Positions 18,157 through 27,423 of a stretch of DNA of 64,000 bases are shown here, piece by piece. A program made the translations under genes and the position numbers. Each line of letters begins with the position of its first letter. The stretch's first letter is position 1. The notes under the pieces were generated by a model. That model was not told the DNA's origin. It was given only the letters and a program-made list of their open reading frames with translations, and made no database searches. The DNA is from Thermodesulfobacteriota bacterium (GTDB lineage Bacteria; Desulfobacterota; Desulfarculia; JACQYL01): assembly GCA_963675595.2 (NCBI GenBank), contig CAXXLZ010000002.1, positions 1,088,001 to 1,152,000 on the forward strand, written 5' to 3'.

Positions 18157-18405
18157 CTATTTTCGCTTGTTGTGGTCATTCGGCCTTCGTTTGTGGGACA
18201 ACCCAGCCCCACTTGTTTCGTTTTCACCGGCGCTCGCCGCCTTGCTCTCACCTTGAGAAAGGCTCGGGGTGAGGATTTCCACTGTCGGCCCGGTCGGCGG
18301 TTCCTTCAACCACCCCGCCTCCAGGTATCCTCCGGCATCCTGCTCGTTGACCCGAATGCGCCGGCCTTTTCCACTCCAAAGCATCACAGTCGGAATCTCG
18401 GCCAT
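18157..18405 (-). CDS. Small head-associated hypothetical protein
   Basis: 82 aa, GAGG RBS, IPTV...IRVNEQD N-terminus and low-complexity basic tail; directly after the capsid gene. Confidence 0.55.
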   Translation of the reverse strand: MAEIPTVMLWSGKGRRIRVNEQDAGGYLEAGWLKEPPTGPTVEILTPSLSQGESKAASAGENETSGAGLSHKRRPNDHNKRK

Positions 18406-18414
18406 AAGCCTCTC

Positions 18415-18502
18415 ACTCCGGCCCCTCCGCCAGGGCGGTGGGGCCCGCTTAAAATGTTTTCGGAGGGGGTTCGGGGGAACCCTTTTTCAAAAGGGTTCCC
18501 CC
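18415..18502. repeat. Family B repeat, right-end type
   Basis: AAATGTTTTCGGAGGGGGTTCGGGGGAACCCTTTTTCAAAAGGGTTCCCC. Confidence 0.85.
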
Positions 18503-18518
18503 TCCTTCATCTCTCCGC

Positions 18519-19652
18519 CTATCCCGCCAGCCTGGCGGCCATGCGGGCGTCCAGGGTTTTGACTCCGTAAAGGATGTCCAGGCCCACCTTCACCGAACTG
18601 GTGTCTCCGTCGTACCAGACTCGAGATCGGATGGAGATCCCGTCCCGGGTCACCGTGGCGATCTTGGCTCCCAGTTCGTTGCCCATTTCCGAAAGAGGCG
18701 CCGTGGCCAGGGCAAAGGCGTTACGGTGGAAGGCGAGGTTCACCGTGTGCGTTCCCTTGAAAGTAATGACGTCTCCGTCCAGGGCCTGAGCCGCGAGGCC
18801 GGGCGTGAAGGCCAAGACGATTTCATTGGCTGCGGCTTCGGCCGTGGAGGTGATGACGTATGTCTGACTGTTGCTCGCAACACTGAACACGTCCCCCACG
18901 GCCACGGTACCGGCCAGGGTGCCGGAGCCTCCGTTGTCCGCAGTAAGGGTGGTTTCACCCGCGTCCGTGTCCGCTTTGACGCTGATGACTCCGCCGCCTT
19001 CTCCGGCCAGGGTTCCCTTGGAGTGAGTGGGGGTGTTCTGGTTGACGAAAAGATCGAACCCGAACTTGATGCCGAGGTTGCCCGTGCGAAGTGCCTGGCC
19101 CTGGTCTCCCACCGTCGCGGCGTTGTAAAACAGTTGTCCCAGCTTGTCTTCCGCCGCGGAATCCAGCATGAGGAAGGTGCGGCCATCGAACGGCACGTTG
19201 TTGTCCCGAAGCACCTTTTTGACTCCCGTGAGGTCTTCCACCGCGTCGGGGGTGTCACCGGCTGTGCCGTGCCACGAGTACACGTCCTTGTAGAGCGCCG
19301 CCAAGTCCTGATCCACCTGGTCCGCCAGAGCGTACGCAGCAGGAGCGATGTGATCCGTGATGATCTTTTCCTTGGTGAAGGTCAGCTCTTTGTCGGACAG
19401 GGCAAACTTCACCTCGTACCACTTATCCAGGGTGATCTGGACTCCCTCGGCCGTGAGAGACATGTCGCTTCCAGGCGCGGACTGAGCCGAAAAAGTGGAC
19501 GGTCTCGAAATGTTGATGGTGCTGCCCTTTTGCTGAGGCGCGGCGTCGTACCCTCGATGCACCCGGGTGGATAAACCCAGGTTCTTTTCGAGCTGGATCA
19601 ACGCCTCCTGCGCGTAGAAAATCGGATTGTAATAAAGCAGCGTGTTGGACAT
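18519..19652 (-). CDS. Major capsid protein, P22 coat-like
   Basis: Start MSNTLL with AGGAGG; YAQEALIQLEK.LG, PAAYALADQVD, NLAFHRNAFALA, LDILYGVKTL motifs. Confidence 0.9.
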   Translation of the reverse strand: MSNTLLYYNPIFYAQEALIQLEKNLGLSTRVHRGYDAAPQQKGSTINISRPSTFSAQSAPGSDMSLTAEGVQITLDKWYEVKFALSDKELTFTKEKIITDHIAPAAYALADQVDQDLAALYKDVYSWHGTAGDTPDAVEDLTGVKKVLRDNNVPFDGRTFLMLDSAAEDKLGQLFYNAATVGDQGQALRTGNLGIKFGFDLFVNQNTPTHSKGTLAGEGGGVISVKADTDAGETTLTADNGGSGTLAGTVAVGDVFSVASNSQTYVITSTAEAAANEIVLAFTPGLAAQALDGDVITFKGTHTVNLAFHRNAFALATAPLSEMGNELGAKIATVTRDGISIRSRVWYDGDTSSVKVGLDILYGVKTLDARMAARLAG

Positions 19653-19673
19653 ATCCGGCCTCCTATTCTTGGT

Positions 19674-19966
19674 GGGGGAAAGCCTTCGAAGAGGTTTTCC
19701 CCCATGCCCCTTTCCCAGACTTTTCAAACCGGGCTCACCCGCCTTCGCCGGGAGAGCCGGGTCTGCTTCCGTGGTTCGTCGTTTCCCATACGCGCCTGCG
19801 GCAAAGCCGCCGGCGCTTGCTCAAAGGTTTTTGGGGAGAGGTCCGGGGAGGGGCGTTTTGCTAGAAAGCCCCTCCCCGACATCCCTCTTTCACCTTCCCT
19901 CGCTTCGTACGCCGCAGCGACGAAGGCTGAAGCGCAACGCCGCAGATGGCGTTTCTTGGCGGCCTG
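19674..19966. repeat. Inverted family B pair (19674-19878) followed by a family C copy (19907-19966)
   Basis: GGGGAAAGCCTTCGAAGAGGTTTTCCCC ... CGGGGAGGGCGTTTTGCTAGAAAGCCCCTCCCCG, then GTACGCCGCAGCGACGAAGGCTGAAGCGCAACGCCGCAGATGG. Confidence 0.8.
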
Positions 19967-20692
19967 TCAGGTGATTCTGACCCTGCCTTCCGCAAACGCT
20001 TCCCGATGTTGCCGGTAGATGTTGGGGTCCTTCATCTGTTCCTGAGTCAGGGCGACCATGCCTCCCGACGCGCCTCCGGCCGGGCTGCCTCCTCCGGACC
20101 CGCCCGAGGGCTTGAACAGGTGAGGCGATTTCTCACGAAGTTCCCCGACCAGTTCCTCGGCGGTCAGGGGATCGCCTTTGGTGGAAAGTCGTTTGCGACC
20201 TTCTCCATCGTGCACCATCACTCTGAGTTGGCCGTTGTGTTCTTCCACGGTAAGGTATTTGTTCAGACGAAGCCTTACGTCTTCGGGATCGAAGGCTCCG
20301 ACTCGGGCCGCGGCTTGAGACAGCTCGTTGCCCACCAGCAACCGGTGAATATTGCTCTGAAGCCGTTCGATCTCTTGGTTCTTCCCATTGATCGTCAGCG
20401 CGTGATCCTCGTCCTTACGTTGGAGCAATTCCTGGTACCGCTTCTCGTCCAGGAGTTCTTTCTCCCGGTCTGCCTTGGCTCCGGCATCGAGTTCCCGAAA
20501 CCGGTCCGGGTCCACGCCTTCGAAGCGTTTCTCCAATTCTCCGAGTTTGTTTTGGAGTTGCTCCGCCCATTTCTTGGTTTCGTCCAACTTGGCGGAGGGC
20601 ACGAAAGCGGCTTCTTTGCCGTCTCCAAGCTCGAACACCGGGTTGCCGTCCCTGAGTACCAAGTTGCCGTCATTGTCCAATTTGGGTTTCAT
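19967..20692 (-). CDS. Capsid scaffolding protein
   Basis: KLDNDGNLVLRDGNPVF N-terminus, charged coiled coil, LFKPSGGSGGGS C-terminus; upstream of capsid. Confidence 0.8.
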   Translation of the reverse strand: MKPKLDNDGNLVLRDGNPVFELGDGKEAAFVPSAKLDETKKWAEQLQNKLGELEKRFEGVDPDRFRELDAGAKADREKELLDEKRYQELLQRKDEDHALTINGKNQEIERLQSNIHRLLVGNELSQAAARVGAFDPEDVRLRLNKYLTVEEHNGQLRVMVHDGEGRKRLSTKGDPLTAEELVGELREKSPHLFKPSGGSGGGSPAGGASGGMVALTQEQMKDPNIYRQHREAFAEGRVRIT

Positions 20693-20749
20693 GCGTCCTC
20701 TCTTTGCCTTTATGAATGTCCAAACCTGGCTTGCTTATCGATTTGCTTG

Positions 20750-20935
20750 AGGGAACCCTTTGGAAAGGGTTCCCTCACCCTCCCAAACTTTTTAAGTCTT
20801 TCAGGACAGGCAGCTCGGCTTGCTTATGTTGAGATCGTGCCTCCGCTCCTCTCCGCCAAAGGCGGAGTGGGGCCTGCTCAAGGATTTTTGGAGGGTGGTC
20901 CGGAGGGAACCTTTTTGCAAAAAGGTTCCCTCCGG
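20750..20935. repeat. Inverted family B pair (MITE/REPIN-like)
   Basis: AGGGAACCCTTTGGAAAGGGTTCCCT ... CCGGAGGGAACCTTTTTGCAAAAAGGTTCCCTCCGG. Confidence 0.85.
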
Positions 20936-20950
20936 CTTCACTTCGCCCAT

Positions 20951-21928
20951 TCATGCCGCATCCGGGATGTCTTGGATGCGGAGGATGTTCCCGTGGTAAG
21001 ACACGTCTTCCAGAGGTAAGCCCGCTTTCCACCTTTTCCACCGGATGGGTCCGAGAATCTCTTTTTGAATGGATTCGCCCTGTCGGCGGAGCCATTCCAC
21101 ATAGTCCGATGAAGAGCCCGATTGAAAGTTGCCCATGCGGTCTTCAATGTAGGGCACGTAGACGCATCGGCAGTTGGGATGTTGAGGCACAAGCGGCCGG
21201 TTCGGGTCGTTTCGACCAAAGACCTTGCCCGAAGACGCGGCGCACTTTCCGCACGTAGCGGCGTCAAGCACGGCCACGTATAGGAGACGTTCCACCTTGG
21301 CACCGGCGAACACGTTTTCATTCACCGTGCCCGTGGTACTCATCACCGTGGTCCGAGCCAGAGTGCGGCTCAGTCGTCCGGCTATTTCGGCGACTTTCTT
21401 ACGGATTCTTTGAGCAGCCGAAGCCGGTCCGTCACCCGCCGACGCCGCTTCTACGATCGTTTTCTTGATTCGTCGGCCTATGCCTGTAAAGGCCCGTTTG
21501 ATCCAGGTCTTCAGGGACACCCAACCCACTTCGCTTTCCATGACCGACAGGAGCAACACAGCTTCCACGCCGGAGCTTTCGAACTCGATGCCGTCGACGC
21601 TCCCCCAGATGGATTCCATGGACTTGGTCTGAGCCTCGACAATCTCTTGAATCCTTCCTTCCAAATCGTTCATGAGTGAGGACTCGGCTTCCTCGATCCA
21701 GAGGTCGATATCCGCTTGGACCATTCTGAAGCGTTGCACCCACAGACCATCTTGCGCGTCGGCGATCCCTTTCCAGGGGCCTCGTGAGGCACGCAGCAGC
21801 CGAGATTCCACCTGTTCGACCACCCGTTCAAAAGCTCGCCTGAACAAACGCGCGTCCTTTCGGACTATGGAATCCATTCGCAACGCATTGGTGATCTGTC
21901 GGTCGACGGCCTGTTCCATGTCGGACAT
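20951..21928 (-). CDS. Minor head protein (Mu F / SPP1 gp7 family)
   Basis: TLART, AVLDAATCGKC, PQHPNCRC motifs. Confidence 0.9.
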   Translation of the reverse strand: MSDMEQAVDRQITNALRMDSIVRKDARLFRRAFERVVEQVESRLLRASRGPWKGIADAQDGLWVQRFRMVQADIDLWIEEAESSLMNDLEGRIQEIVEAQTKSMESIWGSVDGIEFESSGVEAVLLLSVMESEVGWVSLKTWIKRAFTGIGRRIKKTIVEAASAGDGPASAAQRIRKKVAEIAGRLSRTLARTTVMSTTGTVNENVFAGAKVERLLYVAVLDAATCGKCAASSGKVFGRNDPNRPLVPQHPNCRCVYVPYIEDRMGNFQSGSSSDYVEWLRRQGESIQKEILGPIRWKRWKAGLPLEDVSYHGNILRIQDIPDAA

Positions 21929-21960
21929 GATGCATGGCCCCTTTCCGGGTGGATTCTTTC

Positions 21961-22128
21961 GGGCAGGCACTATGGCCTACCCCTAAACGGGAAGACACCG
22001 CTGAGTTCCTGATTCCTTCACTCACCCCGCCATTGCTTGCCTCCAACGCCTCCCCGCTTGCGGGGTGGCGCCTGCCCAAAATGTTTTGAAGGAGGTCTGG
22101 AGGAAACTTTTTCAAAAGTTTCCTCCAG
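21961..22128. repeat. GTAG-like REP variant plus family B repeat
   Basis: GGGCAGGCACTATGGCCTACCCCTA (near-identical to 23638) and CTGGAGGAAACTTTTTCAAAAGTTTCCTCCAG. Confidence 0.8.
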
Positions 22129-22160
22129 TTCTTCCCTCCGCTTTTCCTTCCTCCCCCACC

Positions 22161-23531
22161 TCAAACCAGCATGGCGTCGGTTTCGACGCGCAGGCGTTCC
22201 CGTTCCAGCTCCGGATCGAAGTCTTCGTCCAACACGTGTTTCTTGCGGAGGAAATCCCAAAGGGTTTCCCGGGACAAGTCTCCGTTCATGCGCATTTGGT
22301 TCAGACCGGAGATGAGGCCGTCCGCGATCTGCACGGGATCCATGTCTTGGTTGTACTCGACTCGGATGTCGTCGGGGCTTAGCCCCATCCACCGGGCCGC
22401 CCACCGCCAACACTGCTCTTCCGCCCGTCCGGACCGTCTTGATCGCTCCTGCAGCACGCTGACCAGATTGTGCCTGTCTATCGCTTTGGATTCGGCACTC
22501 TCCACGAGCCTGGATGTGCGCCGCACTTGGCGCATACTGATCTCAAAGATGGCGGAAATGAGGTCCGTTTCGCTCCGCCTCATGGACTCGATAGCCGTGC
22601 CGGAATGCTCGAGGATTTCCACTTCCGAATCCCGTCCGGGAGTCACAATACCGTTGCCCGCACCGATGACCACTTCCTGATCTTCCGGCCAGTTCTTGAA
22701 CACCCAGGTAGGCATGCCCGCCCAGAACTCGGAATTGTCCCGGTCCGATGCTTTGCGAAAGTGAAGCAGACAAAGGCTCAAAATACCGTGAAGCGCACTC
22801 CGGCCTTGAAAAGCGCCCACACAATCGGAATAGAAAACCGCAAGAGGTATCTCTCCCAAGCTGTTACGTCCCTCGGCCAGTTTCTTCGGACCCTTCTCCA
22901 CTGCATCGTGTTTCCACAGCTCCCAGCCATCGGGCCGCCATAGCCGGTATCTTTTTTCTTTGGCGTGCCCTACGAAGGGCTCGGCCCGTACTTCCACGTC
23001 CTCCTCGATCACCACCCAGGCAAGGCGCTCCCTTCCGTCCGGCCCGGGCACAAAAGCCCAGTCCAACACGCGCCTCGGGTCCAGATCGATGAAATAGGGG
23101 CGCACGCCGAACGCGTTCTCATCCGCACGGCTTCGCACTTCCGACGTATCCGGATAATCCACGAGCACGAACCGGATGCCTTCCACCTGAGCGTTTTGAG
23201 TCACGTTCTTGAAGAACGCGTCCGCCGGGGTTCCCCTGCGGTCCACATCTCCAGCGAGCCCCTTAAGCCCAACCGGCAGTTCTCTTACAGGTCCCCTCCG
23301 CCAAATCTGTCCCGTGAAACTCTCAATCATGGGCAGGCAAAAATTGCTGTACGCCGCACGACTCAACCGCACCCGATAGTTCCCGGCCGTCTCCCGCTCG
23401 TGCTTGGGCAAGTAGTCCGACCGACCCTCGATGCGGCTCCCGCCTTCGTAACAATCCCGAGCCCGGTTCCATTCCGCGAGCTGACTTAGATACAAAGGAT
23501 GCTTTCGGTCTAGTTGGAGATATTGAGTCAT
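22161..23531 (-). CDS. Portal protein (DUF4055-like)
   Basis: Start MTQYL; HPLY....W, YLPK...E....Y..RL.RA, FVLVDYP, LGEIPL motifs; downstream of terL. Confidence 0.85.
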   Translation of the reverse strand: MTQYLQLDRKHPLYLSQLAEWNRARDCYEGGSRIEGRSDYLPKHERETAGNYRVRLSRAAYSNFCLPMIESFTGQIWRRGPVRELPVGLKGLAGDVDRRGTPADAFFKNVTQNAQVEGIRFVLVDYPDTSEVRSRADENAFGVRPYFIDLDPRRVLDWAFVPGPDGRERLAWVVIEEDVEVRAEPFVGHAKEKRYRLWRPDGWELWKHDAVEKGPKKLAEGRNSLGEIPLAVFYSDCVGAFQGRSALHGILSLCLLHFRKASDRDNSEFWAGMPTWVFKNWPEDQEVVIGAGNGIVTPGRDSEVEILEHSGTAIESMRRSETDLISAIFEISMRQVRRTSRLVESAESKAIDRHNLVSVLQERSRRSGRAEEQCWRWAARWMGLSPDDIRVEYNQDMDPVQIADGLISGLNQMRMNGDLSRETLWDFLRKKHVLDEDFDPELERERLRVETDAMLV

Positions 23532-23637
23532 TTTTTGTGTCCGGGGAACCCTTGGGCGTGGGCCGCGCGCTTCGCGCGGGGCCTGGTCACCGTGGAAATA
23601 ACGATCGAGGTTATCCTTGTGGTGCTTCTTCCTTAGA

Positions 23638-23832
23638 GGGCAGGCACTATGGCCTGCCCCTACATGGGATTTGCATGTTCGTGTAGGGGGCAGCCCACAG
23701 TGGTCGCTCTGGAAACAGGGTTCTCTCGATTTCCATGCCCGCCCCCTTTGCGCCTCCCGAAGGGTGGCGCCCACTCCAAGGTTTTTGGAGGGAGGTTCGG
23801 AGGGGACCTTTTTTCAAAAAGGTCCCCTCCGA
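23638..23832. repeat. Inverted GTAG REP doublet plus family B repeat
   Basis: GGGCAGGCACTATGGCCTGCCCCTAC-spacer-GTAGGGGGCAGCC; CGGAGGGGACCTTTTTTCAAAAAGGTCCCCTCCG. Confidence 0.8.
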
Positions 23833-23879
23833 TTCTCTCTCCCCCTTCCTTCCTTTTCTTCTCTCCCCTTCCCTTCCCA

Positions 23880-25163
23880 TCACACGGTCACCATTCTGGC
23901 TTTGCCGGCGTCTCGCACCGGGTGCTCGGCTTCGATGGCGTAGCCCAGAGCGTCGGTGAGGTGCGTAAGGTGCGGATCGGACTTCTTGTCGATGTCTCCG
24001 GAGGTGCCTTCGAGCACACGTACACCTTCGAAGTCTCGAATGGTTTGGGTGCATTTGGGGTCTACGACTAAATGGACTTCACCGGACGCGGTTTTCAGGC
24101 GACTGTTCACCGCGTTGACTCTTGCCCGTTCGGACGGGTTGGCTTTGGGAACCCGGTCGCTCAGGCGTCCCGAAAAGATCGGACGCAAAGCGGACTTCAC
24201 CAAGTCCCAATCGGTACCGGCGACTTGGGCCGTGCCTCGAGCTCCTCCCGAAGCATCTCCATACAGTCTTACGCGACCGGCATGATGCCGGTAGCGCTGG
24301 AGAAATTCATTGCAGACGGTCGGCGTGTTGGAATGTTTGGGAATATGGATTTCGTCGATGACGCCGGTGACCCCGTCACGTTCCTGCAAAATCCCCGCGA
24401 CACCGGGAGATACATTGAAATCCAGGCAGAACCAAAGGTCCTCCTTGGCTTCGTAGGCAAAGGAGCGCACGTGTTCGTCTCGGGAGAACGGGTAGTAGAT
24501 TCGTCCTTGGAACGCTACGAAAGCCGCTTCGTATTCCTGCCGAAAGGTTGCCGGGTCCAGTTCCCGCCGGGCCGCCTCGATTTCCGCGGGAGGCAGAATG
24601 TCCGATGAGAACCAGGTGTAGCCCCGCCAATCCCGATTCGTGGGATCGCAGGCAAATGTGTACAAGTCATAGTAATGATTGCGTCCTTCCGGGACTCCGA
24701 TCATCCAGGCCCAGCCGGTTCGGTCGGACAAAGCGGGCCGCACGTGAGCCGGCCACGTTTCAGCTTTCATGTTGGCGTATTCGTCCAGCACAACGCCGTC
24801 CCAGGGAGAACCCTCGATGCGTTCCGGCTTGTCCAAACCCAGAACCCACAGCTCCGCCCCCCAGCGAGTACGGATGAACAGATCGCTTTCACTGATCTTG
24901 GATTTCCATTCGGTCGGTACCAGGGCTTTCAGGTCGTTCCAGTAGATACGCTTGGGCTGATCCCGAGTGGGCGCACAGGCCGCGTACCTCGTGTCCGGCC
25001 AAGGCTTCACCTCCACCAGGGAAGTGACGAGAAATCGTTTGGCCAACTCGGTCTTGCCCGACCTCCGCCCGGCGGGCACCACTCTGAAACGTACGTCGTC
25101 GGCCCAGAGAGCGTACTGAATCGAATGGGGGCGAAGCACCGTCCAACGACTAGTCGGAGGCAC
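23880..25163 (-). CDS. terL: Terminase large subunit
   Basis: Walker A AGRRSGKT, Walker B VVLDE, FRQEYEAAF, nuclease LDFN and HLTDAL. Confidence 0.95.
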   Translation of the reverse strand: MPPTSRWTVLRPHSIQYALWADDVRFRVVPAGRRSGKTELAKRFLVTSLVEVKPWPDTRYAACAPTRDQPKRIYWNDLKALVPTEWKSKISESDLFIRTRWGAELWVLGLDKPERIEGSPWDGVVLDEYANMKAETWPAHVRPALSDRTGWAWMIGVPEGRNHYYDLYTFACDPTNRDWRGYTWFSSDILPPAEIEAARRELDPATFRQEYEAAFVAFQGRIYYPFSRDEHVRSFAYEAKEDLWFCLDFNVSPGVAGILQERDGVTGVIDEIHIPKHSNTPTVCNEFLQRYRHHAGRVRLYGDASGGARGTAQVAGTDWDLVKSALRPIFSGRLSDRVPKANPSERARVNAVNSRLKTASGEVHLVVDPKCTQTIRDFEGVRVLEGTSGDIDKKSDPHLTHLTDALGYAIEAEHPVRDAGKARMVTV

Positions 25164-25659
25164 AATCTTTGCCTTTCACCGTGGCACGGTTCATTTCCTG
25201 AAGGCTCTCCAGTACCCGGTCGGCGAAGTCTTTCGACCCGTCATCCTTCGATTCGCGAGAGTTTCCTACTCGCTCGAGGAGTTCCCGTAGTCGATTGATT
25301 TCATCCTGTGTCTTGTGAATGAGGCGGAACAACGCAATTTCAGCGCTTGGTGCAAAGCTGTGAGTGGTGGTGACTTCCAGGCTCCCATTGGAGTATTCGG
25401 TCCGCTTGACCTCTTCCCATCCCTCTTGGAAGCGCTCCAACCGTTCGTTGAGCCTGGCGAGTTCCGCATCCTTCTGAGCCACCGCGTGAACCAGGTCGTC
25501 TTCTCTGGAGAATCCGAGATCGTTTTCGATGACCCAACGCAAAGCTCGTTGCACCGTGCTTTGGGACACACCGAGTTCCTGCGCGATGTGAACAACGTTC
25601 AGACCGCGTCGTTTCAGTTCGAATATCTTGAAGTAGCGGTCCTGGGTTTCCTTTGTCAC
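25150..25659 (-). CDS. terS: Terminase small subunit (N-terminal HTH)
   Basis: IAQELGVSQSTVQRAL helix-turn-helix; overlaps the terL start. Confidence 0.75.
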   Translation of the reverse strand: MTKETQDRYFKIFELKRRGLNVVHIAQELGVSQSTVQRALRWVIENDLGFSREDDLVHAVAQKDAELARLNERLERFQEGWEEVKRTEYSNGSLEVTTTHSFAPSAEIALFRLIHKTQDEINRLRELLERVGNSRESKDDGSKDFADRVLESLQEMNRATVKGKDCASD

Positions 25660-25925
25660 GATGTGGAATCTCCGTCATGGCTGAGTTGTTCTCTTAACCA
25701 AGGGTTGTACAATCTCCGTCCGGTTTGCCCCAAAATAAGACGACTCATTTCCGTTGCCCGAAAGAGGCGGAAACTTGATAACCGACCCGCTCATGGAGTA
25801 TTCCGCAGGCTGAGCGTAACTGAATCGAAGATGCTCGCTGAAACGACTCGACTTCGCTCGACCCCAAATAGCTTCTTTGAGACAAGCGCCTTGGGAATTC
25901 GTCTGCTCCACAAGACTCGAAAAAC

Positions 25926-26879
25926 ATGGAACGCTTCATGAGCAAGACCATTTCATGCGACCTGAAAACGGAATCGGACGCACAACTCAACTGGTACGGG
26001 CAGTTTGCTTCGAAGGATTGGGAAATGCGTTTCAGGGACAGCCGGTGGAAGAGAGACTCGCAGAGAATGCGCCTGATCGGCCTCGTCACCGGTTTTGCCT
26101 ATCTCGCGGGGTTTTTCGGAGACTATGTGCATCCGGGATTGGAGTCCGCCCAACTCTCGGTGATGGCGTCACTTAGAATGCTGGTTTTCCTGGCGGGGGT
26201 AGGGTGCGCAATCTTGGCCGTAAACAGAAAGAACTATCAAGCTCTCGTCTTATACATGGCGGGCTATATGCTGCTGGTCATGTCTGCCGAGTCCTTGGAA
26301 CTAGTCTTCAAGTTCGTACCCGGCGAAGCACAACAGGTACCGTTCACTCTTGTTATCCTGCTGATGTTTTATGTCTTTCTCCCGCTTCAGCTGCTTCCTA
26401 CCGTCTTGGTGGGAGTACTTGCCGGCATTCTTTTTGTTTCCGCCCTTGCATTGTTCACTCCGGCGCCGGCGGCGCACCTGGTGTGCCTCCTTCTCTTTTT
26501 CTCGCTCACCAATGCCTTCGGCGTTTACTTTCTTCTCAGTTTCTCCAAGTCCCAACGAGGGGAATTTCAGGCCCTCGCCGGCCAACAAGAAACGAACCAA
26601 AGGCTTGAACAAGAGATATTCGAAAGGAAGGAAGCGGAGAGGGAGCAGAGACGTCTGGTAGAGGAACTACGCGGGGCTTTGGCGGAAGTCAAGACCCTGC
26701 AAGGCCTAATCCCCATCTGCGCCAACTGCAAGAAGATTCGGGACGACAAGGGTTATTGGCAACAGTTGGAGAAGTATATCCAGGATCGGTCCGACGCGGT
26801 GTTCAGCCACGGCATCTGTCCGGAGTGCGCGAGAAAATATTACCCGGAGATAGCCGACGAATTGGGTGCCGATGGGTGA
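25926..26879 (+). CDS. Multi-TM membrane protein with coiled coil and C-terminal Cys/His metal-binding domain
   Basis: About 6 TM helices; LIPICANCKKIRDDKGYWQQLE...FSHGICPEC motif common in deltaproteobacterial signalling proteins. Confidence 0.85.
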   Translation: MERFMSKTISCDLKTESDAQLNWYGQFASKDWEMRFRDSRWKRDSQRMRLIGLVTGFAYLAGFFGDYVHPGLESAQLSVMASLRMLVFLAGVGCAILAVNRKNYQALVLYMAGYMLLVMSAESLELVFKFVPGEAQQVPFTLVILLMFYVFLPLQLLPTVLVGVLAGILFVSALALFTPAPAAHLVCLLLFFSLTNAFGVYFLLSFSKSQRGEFQALAGQQETNQRLEQEIFERKEAEREQRRLVEELRGALAEVKTLQGLIPICANCKKIRDDKGYWQQLEKYIQDRSDAVFSHGICPECARKYYPEIADELGADG

Positions 26880-26996
26880 CAGGTTCCCTCGCTATCTTGC
26901 CCCGTGGACGTCTCGTCTCCTCCACGTACACGGGCCTTCGTTGTGGAGACCCGGCTCCGCACTGAAAAACGAGCTTTAGGGCCTGCGTGGCAACGA

Positions 26997-27389
26997 TCAA
27001 CCCAAGACTTTTCGAACCGCCTCCAACAACTCGTCCGGCTCCGGCGGTTTCTCGATATAGGAACTGGGCTCGGGGATGGTTTCCCCTTCGTAGCGGTCCA
27101 GCATATCCTGGGAATGGAAAAACGTCTTCTTGGCCATGGCGCTCACCATAATGACCGGGATGTCCTTGAGCTCAGGATCGCTCTTCAGCTCCCGGTAAAG
27201 ATGAATTCCACTCTCTCGGGGCATCATCACATCCATGATGATCAGAGCGGGTTTCTTTGCCTTGGCCGTCTCGAGCCCCTCCACTCCGTCCGCGGCGCTG
27301 ATCGGCTTGTAACCGTTGGTTTCCAGCAGTGTGGTTACAAAGGTCCGCATGTCCAATTCATCATCCACAACGAGCACTTTTTTAGCCAT
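26997..27389 (-). CDS. Single-domain response regulator
   Basis: VLVVDDE, DVMMP, IEKP. Confidence 0.9.
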   Translation of the reverse strand: MAKKVLVVDDELDMRTFVTTLLETNGYKPISAADGVEGLETAKAKKPALIIMDVMMPRESGIHLYRELKSDPELKDIPVIMVSAMAKKTFFHSQDMLDRYEGETIPEPSSYIEKPPEPDELLEAVRKVLG

Positions 27390-27423
27390 ATCAATTTCCT
27401 CCGTCGCCGGTCATGGGCTCGGG

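Larger units (their letters stand above)
546..25659 (-). mobile_element. Phage-derived head-tail-lysis gene cluster (siphovirus type) lacking visible integration/replication modules; candidate GTA or defective prophage
   Basis: Contiguous co-oriented terS-terL-portal-head-tail-fibre-endolysin-holin genes; flanked by host-type membrane/signalling genes at 154 and 25926. Confidence 0.9.

Noticed and set aside
530-25713. GGTTGTAGAAT (530-540) and GGTTGTACAAT (25703-25713) flank the cluster like attL/attR
   Set aside because: Only 10 of 11 bases match, with no tRNA or integrase nearby; compatible with chance
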